The position numbers and the translations under genes were made by a program. Below are positions 16,066 to 25,013 of a stretch of 64,000 nucleotides of DNA, in pieces. The notes under the pieces are model-generated. The model saw nothing but the letters and a program-made list of their open reading frames with translations, did not search any database and was not told where the DNA came from. Within the stretch, counting starts at the first letter, position 1. Each line of letters opens with the position of its first letter. The stretch is from the NCBI GenBank assembly GCA_965232895.1, contig OZ247430.1, forward strand, positions 387,388-451,387. Direction: 5' to 3'. This DNA comes from Dehalococcoidia bacterium (lineage in GTDB: Bacteria; Chloroflexota; Dehalococcoidia; Lucifugimonadales; UBA3495).

Positions 16066-18276
16066 ATGTTACGCATCTACAACACCCTGACGAAGAACGT
16101 CGAGGAGATCCGGCCCATGACGCCCGGCAAGGTGTCAATGTACACCTGCGGGCCCACGGTGTACCGCTACGCCCACATCGGCAACTTGCGCACCTACCTG
16201 ATGGCGGACTGGATCCGCCGGATCCTGGCAGCCGATGGCAACGAGGTGTACCACATCAAGAACATCACCGACGTGGGACACATGCGCCAGGAGCTGGCTG
16301 AGGCCGGCGGCGACAAGATGATCATGGCGGCCCTGGCCGAAGGCAAGTCCCTGCAGGAAATCGGCGAATTCTACGCGGACGTTTTCTGGCAGGACGAGGA
16401 GCGGATCAACATCCTGCCGGCGCACGTATTTCCCTGGGCATCGCACCACATCCCTGAAATGCTGGAGATGGTGGGCACGCTGATGAACAACGGGGCGGCG
16501 TATGAAGCGGGCGGGAACATTTACTTTGACGTGAACAGCTATCCGGACTACGGGAAGCTTTCCCGCAATTTCGGCGGCGACCTGCTGGAAGGCGTGCGCG
16601 CGGAAGCAGACCCGCTGAAGCACGATCCGAGGGACTTCACGCTGTGGAAAGCGGCAGAACCGGGACGGGACGTGAAATGGGACAGCCCGTGGGGCGAAGG
16701 GTTCCCCGGCTGGCATATCGAATGTTCGGCAATGGCGCACAAGTACCTGGGCGAGAAGTTCGACATCCACACGGGCGGCGTGGACAACGTGTTCCCGCAC
16801 CACGAGGACGAGATCGCGCAGAGCGAGGGAGCCTTCGGGCAGCAGCACGTGAACTACTGGGTGCACGGGCAGCATCTGCTGGCGGACGGGGCCAAGATGG
16901 CCAAGTCGGCCGGAAACGTGTTCCTGATCGAGGACCTGTCGACGCGGGGGTTTGACCCGCTGGCCTTCCGGTACCTGTGCATGACAGTGCGTTACCGGCA
17001 CCGGATGAACTTCACCTTCACGTCGCTGCGGGCGGCGGAAAAGGCGCTGACCGGCTTGCGCAACCGCATCTGGGTGTGGCGCAACATGGCGGGCAACGGC
17101 TCCAGTCACCATGCCATGAGCGCCGAAGGCCAGGAGTGGAGCGTCAAATTCTGGGACGCCGTTCACAACGACCTGGACCTGCCCACCGCCCTGGCGATCA
17201 CTTGGGCGATGGTGCGGTCCGAACTTCCGGCAGCGGACAAGCTGGAACTGATCCTCGACTTTGACCGAGTATTCGGGCTGGACCTGCACGAGGTGCCGGA
17301 GCGGTACGAGATCGGCAGTCAGAACAGCGATGTGCTGGAGCGCCGGTCCGAGCTGCGGCAGCAGGCGGCCTATCGCGATGCCGACGCGCTGCGGTCACAG
17401 GTGGTGGAAGGCGGGATGGTGGTGCAGGACACCGGAGTGGCGACGCTGGTGCGTCCGCAAACGCCGCTGGAACTGCAGGAGGCGCGGTGGCCCTCGATAT
17501 CCGCTTCGCGGGAAGTGCCCTCCTTGCTGGGAGAGCCCGACCTGTACGACTTCACGCTCCTCGTCAACGCCTATGACTACGTGGACGACGTGCGGCGGTG
17601 CGTGGAGGCGGTCCTGCGGCACACCGGCGGAGAGTCGGTGGAAATCATCGTGGTCGACAACGGATCCACGGACGGCACGGCAGAGTACCTGGAAGAGGCC
17701 CAGGCCGAGCACTCCAACGTGCGTGTCATCCACTGCGACCATGTGGTAGGCGACGCCGCGGGTAAAAACATCGGACTCAAGCAGGCGCGAGGACGGTACA
17801 TTGTGCTTCTCGACGCCTCGACTGAGGTGGTCGGGGACATTTTGACCCCGGTGGCGGAACACCTGGCGGATAGCAGCATCGGCGTGTTCGGCCCATACGG
17901 GTTGACCACGGATGACATGCAGCATTTCCACGAGGAGGTGGACCGGGGCGACGCCGACGCGATGCAGGCCTATTGCATGGCGTTCCGGCGCGCCGACCTG
18001 CCGTCCGTGGGGTTGATGCACGAGTCCTTCCGGTTTTACCGTAACCTGGACATCGATTACTGCTTCCAGTTCAAGAACGCCGGCTACCGGGTCGTGTGCG
18101 ACAGCGGCCTGCCGCTGGTACGCCACGAGCACCGCCAATGGGAGGAGCTGGAGGAGAACCAGCGCGACGAGTTGAGCCGCAAAAACTTCGGGCGATTCCT
18201 GAAGCGGTGGGGCGGTCGGCCGGACCTGTTGATCAACCCGGACGCGCGAGGGTTCGATACGGGGTTCCGGCACTGA
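16066..18276 (+). CDS. cysS: Cysteine--tRNA ligase fused to a C-terminal family-2 glycosyltransferase domain
   Basis: CysRS marks: CGPTVYRYAHIGNLRTY, PGWHIECSAMA, KMAKSAGN, plus a DALR-like NDLDLPTAL and a C-terminal helical region. From about nt 17545, GT2 marks: FTLLVNAYDY...IIVVDNGSTDGT...VLLDAS. GGAGG upstream of ATG 16066. Confidence 0.85.
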   Translation: MLRIYNTLTKNVEEIRPMTPGKVSMYTCGPTVYRYAHIGNLRTYLMADWIRRILAADGNEVYHIKNITDVGHMRQELAEAGGDKMIMAALAEGKSLQEIGEFYADVFWQDEERINILPAHVFPWASHHIPEMLEMVGTLMNNGAAYEAGGNIYFDVNSYPDYGKLSRNFGGDLLEGVRAEADPLKHDPRDFTLWKAAEPGRDVKWDSPWGEGFPGWHIECSAMAHKYLGEKFDIHTGGVDNVFPHHEDEIAQSEGAFGQQHVNYWVHGQHLLADGAKMAKSAGNVFLIEDLSTRGFDPLAFRYLCMTVRYRHRMNFTFTSLRAAEKALTGLRNRIWVWRNMAGNGSSHHAMSAEGQEWSVKFWDAVHNDLDLPTALAITWAMVRSELPAADKLELILDFDRVFGLDLHEVPERYEIGSQNSDVLERRSELRQQAAYRDADALRSQVVEGGMVVQDTGVATLVRPQTPLELQEARWPSISASREVPSLLGEPDLYDFTLLVNAYDYVDDVRRCVEAVLRHTGGESVEIIVVDNGSTDGTAEYLEEAQAEHSNVRVIHCDHVVGDAAGKNIGLKQARGRYIVLLDASTEVVGDILTPVAEHLADSSIGVFGPYGLTTDDMQHFHEEVDRGDADAMQAYCMAFRRADLPSVGLMHESFRFYRNLDIDYCFQFKNAGYRVVCDSGLPLVRHEHRQWEELEENQRDELSRKNFGRFLKRWGGRPDLLINPDARGFDTGFRH

Positions 18277-18294
18277 CGTAGCGGTTACGCCGGG

Positions 18295-18336
18295 CAAAAA
18301 GAGTAGGGGCGACGCATGCGTCGCCCCTTTGATTCT
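18295..18336. terminator. Bidirectional intrinsic terminator between convergent cysS and an SDR gene
   Basis: Perfect 24-nt palindrome aggggcgacgcatgcgtcgcccct (18305-18328). An A-run lies on the 5' side and tttgatt on the 3' side. Confidence 0.7.
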
Positions 18337-18354
18337 GTGAGTCTCCGCGAAGGA

Positions 18355-19230
18355 TCAGCCGCGGCCAAACCAGTCCGGGTGGACGGCCTGGAGGCCGAGC
18401 TGGGGCCAGGCGGCGGGTGCGCCGCACTTTTCGAGCCTCGCTTCCAGAGGCAGGGACTCGTCCCAATGGTAGGCGATGATGCGGCGACCGTTCCAGTCGC
18501 TGGCATCATCAGAGGCGATCCAGACCACCGGCGCCTGCATGACCTCGGGCTGGATGAGGGCATCGGCCGTGGCGCCCTCCGGCGGGAGGACCATGTTGGT
18601 GGCGGTAGCGCCGCCGGGGGTGAGCACATTGGCGGTGACGCCGGTACCCTCGAGGTCCTGGGCCATGATGGCAACCAGCGCCTCGTGTCCGGCCTTGGAA
18701 GGCCCGTAAGGCGCCCCGCCCTTGCGCCACATGGTGTCCATGCTGGTGGTGACGCCGATGATGCGGCCAAAACCCTGTTCCATCATGTGGCCCGCGACGG
18801 CGTTGGCCATGAGGAACGGGCCGCTGAGGTTGACGGAAATCACGCGCAGCCAGGCGTCCGGAACGATATCGAAGAAACCGGTGCGACTGCCGGCAGTGCT
18901 GCCGCCAAAGCCGGCGGTGCGGGGGTTGATGCCAGCGTTGTTGACCAGGATGTGCAGGCCGCCCATTTCGCTGATGGTGCGTTGCACGGCGTTCTGCACG
19001 GACTCGGGGTCGGTGACGTCGGCGATGATGGGCATGACGCACTCGTCGCCACCCAGTTCGCGCATGTCGTTGGCGGTCTGGTCGAGCCAGTCCTCGTTGA
19101 TGTCGAGCATGGCGACACGGGCGCCGGCGCGGACCAGGCCGGTGGTGATGGAACGGCCCATGCCGATGGGACTGGCGGCGCCGGTCACGATGGCGACGCG
19201 GCCCTGGAGGGTGTCGGAGCGGGTAGTCAT
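18355..19230 (-). CDS. SDR-family oxidoreductase
   Basis: VAIVTGAASPIGMG glycine motif, NNAG, catalytic YGPSKAG. Start taken at ATG 19230 (MTTRSD). Confidence 0.85.
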   Translation of the reverse strand: MTTRSDTLQGRVAIVTGAASPIGMGRSITTGLVRAGARVAMLDINEDWLDQTANDMRELGGDECVMPIIADVTDPESVQNAVQRTISEMGGLHILVNNAGINPRTAGFGGSTAGSRTGFFDIVPDAWLRVISVNLSGPFLMANAVAGHMMEQGFGRIIGVTTSMDTMWRKGGAPYGPSKAGHEALVAIMAQDLEGTGVTANVLTPGGATATNMVLPPEGATADALIQPEVMQAPVVWIASDDASDWNGRRIIAYHWDESLPLEARLEKCGAPAAWPQLGLQAVHPDWFGRG

Positions 19231-19403
19231 TGAGGTCACCTCTGAGTTCAGGCGTAGGTTCGGGAGCGCAAAGATGATAACCGCTGGGGCGGGAGTTGTT
19301 AAGGGTGCGCGATTCCACCATCCTTGACCCGACAACGGGCCGATGCTAAATTGGCCGCCGTGTTTCGTTACCAAAATTACGATTTTCGTCGCGTGGATGT
19401 GGA

Positions 19404-20378
19404 ATGAGCGAACTGGCCGAACGGGTGCTGAACGGCGAATTGCGGGCGTTGTCGCGCGTGCTGACACTGCTGGAACGTGGCGATCCGGCGGCTGCCGAGG
19501 CGATGGCCGCGCTGGACCCGCATACGGGCGCGGGGTACGCGGTGGGCATCACCGGCCCTCCTGGGGTGGGCAAGAGCACGCTGGTGGACCGGCTGGCGGA
19601 GCACCTGCGCGGGATGGGCCTGACGGTGGGCATCCTGGCGGTGGACCCGACGAGTCCGTTCACCGGCGGAGCGCTGCTGGGAGATCGCATCCGAATGCAG
19701 CGGCACTACCTGGACGACGGGGTGTTCATCCGGAGCGTGGCGACGCGAGGTCAGTCCGGCGGGTTGCCGCGGATCGTTAAGAGCATGGTACGAGCGCTGG
19801 ACGCGGCCGGGAAGGACGTGACTCTGGTGGAGACGGTCGGCGTCGGGCAAACCGAGTTGGGCATCATGGGCGTGGCGGACACCGTGGTGGTCGCAATGAC
19901 GCCGGAGTCGGGGGATTCGATCCAGACGCTGAAGGCCGGCGTCATGGAGATCGCCGATCTTTATGTAATCAACAAGGCCGACCGGGACGGGGCTAATCAG
20001 CTCTCGGCGGCCGTGACGGCGATGCTGCAATTGTCGGACCTGGGCGACGGCTGGAACCCGCCGGTTCTGCTGACCCAAGCCTACGCGAACGTCGGGATCG
20101 GGGAACTTTGGGACAGCGTGGCCGACCACCGTGATTACCTGGCTGATACGGGCGGTCTCGAAAAACGGCGCGCCGAGCGGCGGCGGGCGGAGTTCCTGGA
20201 GACGGTGCAGGAAGAACTGTACCGCCGCATCACGGAACGGCTGCAGGATGATGCGGAGTTGGGGGCGCTGCTGCGGCAGATAGACGGCAAGGCTGCGGAG
20301 CCTTATGGCGCGGCGATGGGGTTGCTGGCCAATGGACAGGGTTTGGCCCATCTTACGGGTGGGAAGGCCGCCGAATAG
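19404..20378 (+). CDS. meaB: Methylmalonyl-CoA-mutase-associated G3E GTPase (MeaB/ArgK)
   Basis: P-loop GITGPPGVGKST, VETVGVGQ and NKADR motifs. 324 aa. Confidence 0.85.
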   Translation: MSELAERVLNGELRALSRVLTLLERGDPAAAEAMAALDPHTGAGYAVGITGPPGVGKSTLVDRLAEHLRGMGLTVGILAVDPTSPFTGGALLGDRIRMQRHYLDDGVFIRSVATRGQSGGLPRIVKSMVRALDAAGKDVTLVETVGVGQTELGIMGVADTVVVAMTPESGDSIQTLKAGVMEIADLYVINKADRDGANQLSAAVTAMLQLSDLGDGWNPPVLLTQAYANVGIGELWDSVADHRDYLADTGGLEKRRAERRRAEFLETVQEELYRRITERLQDDAELGALLRQIDGKAAEPYGAAMGLLANGQGLAHLTGGKAAE

Positions 20379-20406
20379 CTGGTCTCGAAACACACCAGCT
20401 CGATAT

Positions 20407-20441
20407 GGAAACGGGGCGGCCGATCTGGCCGCCCCGTTTCC
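20407..20441. terminator. Bidirectional hairpin between convergent meaB and the SPFH gene
   Basis: ggaaacggggcggcc-gatc-tggccgccccgtttcc, a stem of about 15 bp. Confidence 0.6.
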
Positions 20442-20467
20442 CGTAACTCCGGCGTCAGTTATGTAAT

Positions 20468-21382
20468 TCAGCTGCGGTTTTCGCCGTCCGCGGAAGCGCC
20501 GTTGCCCGAATTGTTGCGGTTATTGCCGTTGCCGTCCGGTTGGCTCATGCCGCCCATGCCGAGGAATGGGGAGAGCATGGAGGTGAATTCCATGGGGAAG
20601 ATGAACTTGGTGGACGGGCTGGAGCCGAGGGACTTGAGCGTTTCGAAGTATTGGAGGCTCATGGTGCGCCCGTCGATGGTGCTGGCCACGCTGTAGATGC
20701 GCTCCAGGGCGGTGCTGAAACCCTCGGCGCGGAGGATGGCGGCCTGCTGGTCGCCCTCGGCCTGGAGAATCTCCGACTCACGCTCACCCTGCGCATTGAG
20801 GATGGCAGCTTGACGCTGCCCCTCGGCCAGGTTGATGGCAGCCTGACGCTGCCCCTCGGATTCGGTGATCTCTGCGGTGCGGATGGCATCGGCGGATTTC
20901 TGACGTTCCATGGCGGCCTTGACCCCGACAGGAGGGTCGACCTCGTTGATTTCCACCTGGGATACCTTAACCCCCCATCGGGTGGTGACCTCGTCCATGC
21001 GGATCTGGACATCGTCACGGATACGCTCGCGTTCGGAAAGGGTGGTGGACAAGTCGAGGGAACCGATCACGGAGCGGAGGGTCGCGAACGCGAGGTTGAT
21101 GACCGCCGCCTCGAAGTTCTGCACCTCCAGCACGGCACGGTCAGCGAGGTCTTCCATCACGCGGTAGTAGATCACGAAGTCCATGTCCACCACGACGTTG
21201 TCAGCGGTGATGTACTTCTGGGTGGGAACGCGGGTGACGCGTTCGCGAAGGTCAACCTTGGTGCCGTGGTAGAGGATGGGGATCAGCAATCGCAGTCCGG
21301 GCCCTCGGGTGCCGATATAGGTGCCGAACCGTTGGACTACCATGCGCTGATATTGTTGGACGACGACGATCCCTGCGGCCAT
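20468..21382 (-). CDS. SPFH/Band-7 (stomatin-like) protein
   Basis: SPFH core (VVDMDFVIYYRV, LRSVIGSLDL) followed by a Gln/Ala-rich coiled-coil. Sits downstream of NfeD, as in known stomatin operons. Confidence 0.85.
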   Translation of the reverse strand: MAAGIVVVQQYQRMVVQRFGTYIGTRGPGLRLLIPILYHGTKVDLRERVTRVPTQKYITADNVVVDMDFVIYYRVMEDLADRAVLEVQNFEAAVINLAFATLRSVIGSLDLSTTLSERERIRDDVQIRMDEVTTRWGVKVSQVEINEVDPPVGVKAAMERQKSADAIRTAEITESEGQRQAAINLAEGQRQAAILNAQGERESEILQAEGDQQAAILRAEGFSTALERIYSVASTIDGRTMSLQYFETLKSLGSSPSTKFIFPMEFTSMLSPFLGMGGMSQPDGNGNNRNNSGNGASADGENRS

Positions 21383-21437
21383 TTTGGTGCCTCCTTATCG
21401 GAGCAGCGTACTCTGGGGTCTCAAAATCATTCTAGCA

Positions 21438-22886
21438 TCATTCCTGACCCTCAACGGCGGCGGGACCGGCCTCGGCCTCAACGGTGAGCAGCAGACCGTC
21501 GACTGCCACCACCCGCACGCGGCGCCCGGCCGGGATGGTGAGGCCGTCGTTGCTGACGCTGGACCAGGTTTCGTCGGATAGAGCTATGACGCCTCTGGGG
21601 CGCAGGGCCGAGGTGACCACGCCGGTCTGCCCGATCAGATCGCCTGGCGAACTCCGGCCGTCGCTGCCACTGCCACCGCCCCGACCGGGGCCCTGCCGTC
21701 GGCCCGTACGGGACATGATGACCTCGTAGGCGAGATATCCGGCGATGGACAGCAACACGCCACCGACTCCTACCAGCACCCAACGATTTACCGACACGGT
21801 GGGAAAGCTTGGGGGAGTAATCCGGCCACCACCAAAATCACCGAACAGCAGGAAACCGCCGACCACGAGGCTCACTGCCGCGCCGATTCCTAAAGCGCCG
21901 AACCCTGACACGAAGATCTCCAGGGCGGCCAGGACGATTGCCAAAAGGATGAATGCCACGCCGGCCCAATTGAACGGCAGGTTGCCCAGGGCCAGAAATC
22001 CCAAACCCAGGCAGATGATGCCGGCGATGCCGGGGCCGATGGCGCCGGGCGTGAGCATCTCGATGATCAGTCCGATGCTGCCCAGGGACAGCAGCAGGAA
22101 GGCAATGTTGGGATTGGAGATGAAATCGACGAAGCGCTCGCGCCACTGCATCTTTAGTTCCCGGACCTCAACGCCGGCGAGGTCGAGCGTGTGTTCTCCG
22201 GATACGGTGACCACGGTGCGTCCGTCCAGGGCGACCAGAAGCGCAGGGATGTCATCGGCAATGAGGTCGATGATTTCCGCGTCCAGGGCTTCGGTGGAGC
22301 TGAAGGAGGCGGCGGTACGGACGGTTTCCTCCAGGGCGTCGGGATTGCGGCCGCGTTCCTCGGCGATGGCGCGGATGAGGGCGGCAGCGTCATTGGCGGC
22401 CTTGTCGGCCAGGGTCTCGCTGATCTCCTCGCCGGTGCTGGATACTGGAGTGGCGGCGCCGATGTTGGAACCCGGGGTCATTGCAGCGACGTGGGCCGCG
22501 GCGGTGATGAACGTTCCGGCGGAGCCGGCCTGGGCTCCGCGCGGCGACACGAACACGGCTACCGGCGCCGGCGATCCGAGGAGGATCTCGACGATCTCGC
22601 GGGTGCTGCTGTAGAGGCCGCCGGGTGTATCCAGGCCGATGATCAGCAGCTGGGCGCCGTTCTCGCTGGCGCGGGTCACGGCCCGCTGTATGACGCGGAC
22701 CTTCACCGGGCTGATGGTCTTTTCGATGCGAAGATTGAAGACGGTATCCGCCTGGGCGTCGACGCGGGGGTCGGGGGCGGTCAGGCCGAACATGCCGAGG
22801 CCGATGAACAGAGCGCAGGTTGCCACCACGGCCCACCGCCTCACGTGGGGGCGGACCGAGCGGGGATTGGTCAAGGCGGAAAGCAT
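21438..22886 (-). CDS. NfeD-family membrane-bound ClpP-class serine protease
   Basis: N-terminal ClpP-like region (DTPGGLYSSTREIV), multiple TM segments, and a C-terminal OB-type NfeD domain (GQTGVVTSALRPRGVIAL...VRVVAVDGLLLTVE). Confidence 0.8.
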   Translation of the reverse strand: MLSALTNPRSVRPHVRRWAVVATCALFIGLGMFGLTAPDPRVDAQADTVFNLRIEKTISPVKVRVIQRAVTRASENGAQLLIIGLDTPGGLYSSTREIVEILLGSPAPVAVFVSPRGAQAGSAGTFITAAAHVAAMTPGSNIGAATPVSSTGEEISETLADKAANDAAALIRAIAEERGRNPDALEETVRTAASFSSTEALDAEIIDLIADDIPALLVALDGRTVVTVSGEHTLDLAGVEVRELKMQWRERFVDFISNPNIAFLLLSLGSIGLIIEMLTPGAIGPGIAGIICLGLGFLALGNLPFNWAGVAFILLAIVLAALEIFVSGFGALGIGAAVSLVVGGFLLFGDFGGGRITPPSFPTVSVNRWVLVGVGGVLLSIAGYLAYEVIMSRTGRRQGPGRGGGSGSDGRSSPGDLIGQTGVVTSALRPRGVIALSDETWSSVSNDGLTIPAGRRVRVVAVDGLLLTVEAEAGPAAVEGQE

Positions 22887-22942
22887 CGGCAGGTACCTGA
22901 GTTCATAATCAGGGCGGCGGGGTGGTATGTCAATCGGCTGGT

Positions 22943-22972
22943 TTGACTAGGGCCGGCGGCTGCCCATACAAT
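22943..22972 (+). promoter_or_regulatory. Sigma70-like promoter candidate (TTGACT-18-TACAAT)
   Basis: ttgact 22943-22948, 18-nt spacer, tacaat 22967-22972, about 40 nt upstream of the crotonase gene. Confidence 0.4.
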
Positions 22973-23010
22973 GCGGCCACTTGAACCGTGCAACAGGAGC
23001 GACGATTTCC

Positions 23011-23871
23011 ATGGCTTACCAGTACATTGTGTCCGACAAAGAACGTGTCTCCAAGTGGGAAGGCAGCGGCGACCGGCGTCGCGAAGTGGTGGGACACGTC
23101 GCGTTCCTAACCCTGAACCGGCCGGAAGTGCTCAACGCCATGAACCGGCAACTGACGGAAGAGCTTCACGATGCGGTGAGATGCGCCAACGAAGATCCGG
23201 AGATCGGCTGCATCGTTATCACGGGCGCGGACACTCACCCGCGAGTCCCGGCGTTTACCGCGGGCGGCGACATCCACGAACAGCGCGAGGACCAGGCGGC
23301 GCTCAATGCTGGCACGCTCACCAGGGACGGCATGGACGAGCGCGCCATCCGCCGGCAGCGGGGCGGGTACGAAGTGAGCGCGTCGGACAAGCCGGTGATC
23401 GGGATGATCAACGGCCTGGCCTACGGCGGCGGCGCGGTGCTGTCGTCGTCGCTGGACATCCGGATCGGGTCGGACGCCGCGCGGTTCCGGTTCCTGGCGG
23501 CGGCCTACGGGCGGATCAACTCGACGTGGACGCTGACCAACCAGGTGGGCTGGCCACAGGCCAAGGAGTTGTTGTTCACGGCGAGGATTGTGGAAGCGGA
23601 GGAGGCATACCGGATCGGGTTGCTCAACCACCTGGTGCCATCCTACCGCTTGCGGCAGAAGACCATGGAGATTGCCACCGAGATTGCCACCAACGACACG
23701 CCGTCGGTGATCGGCATCAAGCGTCTGCTGCTGCAGCACAAGGGGGAGAGCCTCGAGCAACAGTGGATGAACGAGAAGGACTTCACCACCAACGTGCTGC
23801 GGGGCACCCTGGCGGAAGAGGCGTTCCCGGACTTCCTCGCCCGGCGGGGGCGACCGGTGCGTGGCTCGTAA
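23011..23871 (+). CDS. Enoyl-CoA hydratase/isomerase (crotonase) family protein
   Basis: VAFLTLNRPEVLNAMN, ITGAD...FTAGGDI and GLAYGGGAVLSSSLDIRIGS motifs. Confidence 0.85.
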   Translation: MAYQYIVSDKERVSKWEGSGDRRREVVGHVAFLTLNRPEVLNAMNRQLTEELHDAVRCANEDPEIGCIVITGADTHPRVPAFTAGGDIHEQREDQAALNAGTLTRDGMDERAIRRQRGGYEVSASDKPVIGMINGLAYGGGAVLSSSLDIRIGSDAARFRFLAAAYGRINSTWTLTNQVGWPQAKELLFTARIVEAEEAYRIGLLNHLVPSYRLRQKTMEIATEIATNDTPSVIGIKRLLLQHKGESLEQQWMNEKDFTTNVLRGTLAEEAFPDFLARRGRPVRGS

Positions 23872-23949
23872 CCGCGACCACATTGACAATGCGAAGGCCC
23901 TCCCCGGACCGGGGAAGGCTTTTGATTTCAGCCGGTTAGCCTCGCGGTA

Positions 23950-24222
23950 TCAGCGCGGGTTGCGATGGCGGTGCTCAGGATTTTCGTTGAGTTCAGCCGT
24001 GTCGCCGCTCCACCGGGTTTTGCCTTCGGAATCGATAATCGTGTAGGCGACCGGTGAAGAATCCGGAGGACAGTCGCCGGGCATGGCGTAGTTGAGGTAG
24101 CGACTGGTCACCGTGTTGGCGATGGGCTGGAACGGTGACAGTACGCGGGCCACAAAAGGCTTGTCCAGGACATTCACGAGGACCCGGTTGAACTGATTAA
24201 CGCTGCTGTGAACGATGGTCAT
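23950..24222 (-). CDS. Hypothetical small protein
   Basis: 90 aa. AGGAGGG directly upstream of ATG 24222. No family recognised. Confidence 0.45.
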   Translation of the reverse strand: MTIVHSSVNQFNRVLVNVLDKPFVARVLSPFQPIANTVTSRYLNYAMPGDCPPDSSPVAYTIIDSEGKTRWSGDTAELNENPEHRHRNPR

Positions 24223-24397
24223 GGTGCCCTCCTGTCAAAGCTGGATCATCGGGCTCTGACAATCCTCATTATACGCGAACGGAGGGCCGCATAGCAGCCA
24301 ATCGTCCCCTTGAGCCGCAGCGGAGGTCCGCATGCACCCTGCGGGGCGAAACCCCACAGACGTCGTCTGGACCGCGAGCCGGGGCCCGGGGCCGGGG

Positions 24398-25012
24398 TCA
24401 GGCGTCCAGCGTCCCCTTGGTGCTGGGAACCTGGCCGGCGGCGCGAGGGTCGGGTTCCACTGCGTCGCGGAGGGCGCGGGCCAGGGCCTTGCAGAGGGCT
24501 TCGGCCTTGTGATGGGGACTGACGCCGGCCAGCACCCGGGCGTGCAGATTGATGCGCGCCTCGATGGCGAAGGACTCGAGAAAGTGGGCGACCAGATCGC
24601 CGGACAACGTCTCGACCATGGTTTCGTTGAGGGTGGTGTCGACGGCAACGTACGGCCGGCCGCTCCAGTCAACGGCCACCATCACCAGTGTCTCGTCCAG
24701 GGGGACGATGGCATGACCCATGCGGCGAATGCCGCGCGGCTCGCCCAGGGCCTGGCCGAAGGCGCGGCCCAGCATGATGGCGGTGTCCTCAACGAGATGA
24801 TGCCAGCCGACGTGGGTATCGCCCTCGGCTTTCAATGCAATGTCGAACAGGCCATGACGCGCGATCTGGCTGACCATGTGGTCGAGAAAACCGTTGCCGG
24901 TGTCAACGTCATATCGACCCTGGCCGTCCAGGTCCACGGATATCGCAATGCTGGTTTCGGCAGTAGCCCGCTCCAAGCTGGCGGAGCGTTGAGATGGATG
25001 GGGGGTCGCCAT
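24398..25012 (-). CDS. hisB: Imidazoleglycerol-phosphate dehydratase (monofunctional)
   Basis: 204 aa with IGPD motifs GWHHLVEDTAIMLG and SPHHKAEALCKALARAL. No N-terminal HAD phosphatase domain. Confidence 0.9.
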   Translation of the reverse strand: MATPHPSQRSASLERATAETSIAISVDLDGQGRYDVDTGNGFLDHMVSQIARHGLFDIALKAEGDTHVGWHHLVEDTAIMLGRAFGQALGEPRGIRRMGHAIVPLDETLVMVAVDWSGRPYVAVDTTLNETMVETLSGDLVAHFLESFAIEARINLHARVLAGVSPHHKAEALCKALARALRDAVEPDPRAAGQVPSTKGTLDA

Positions 25013-25013
25013 G

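Noticed and set aside
16135-17289. 384-aa ORF antisense to cysS
   Set aside because: Mirror-frame artefact. The plus strand has the CysRS catalytic motifs.
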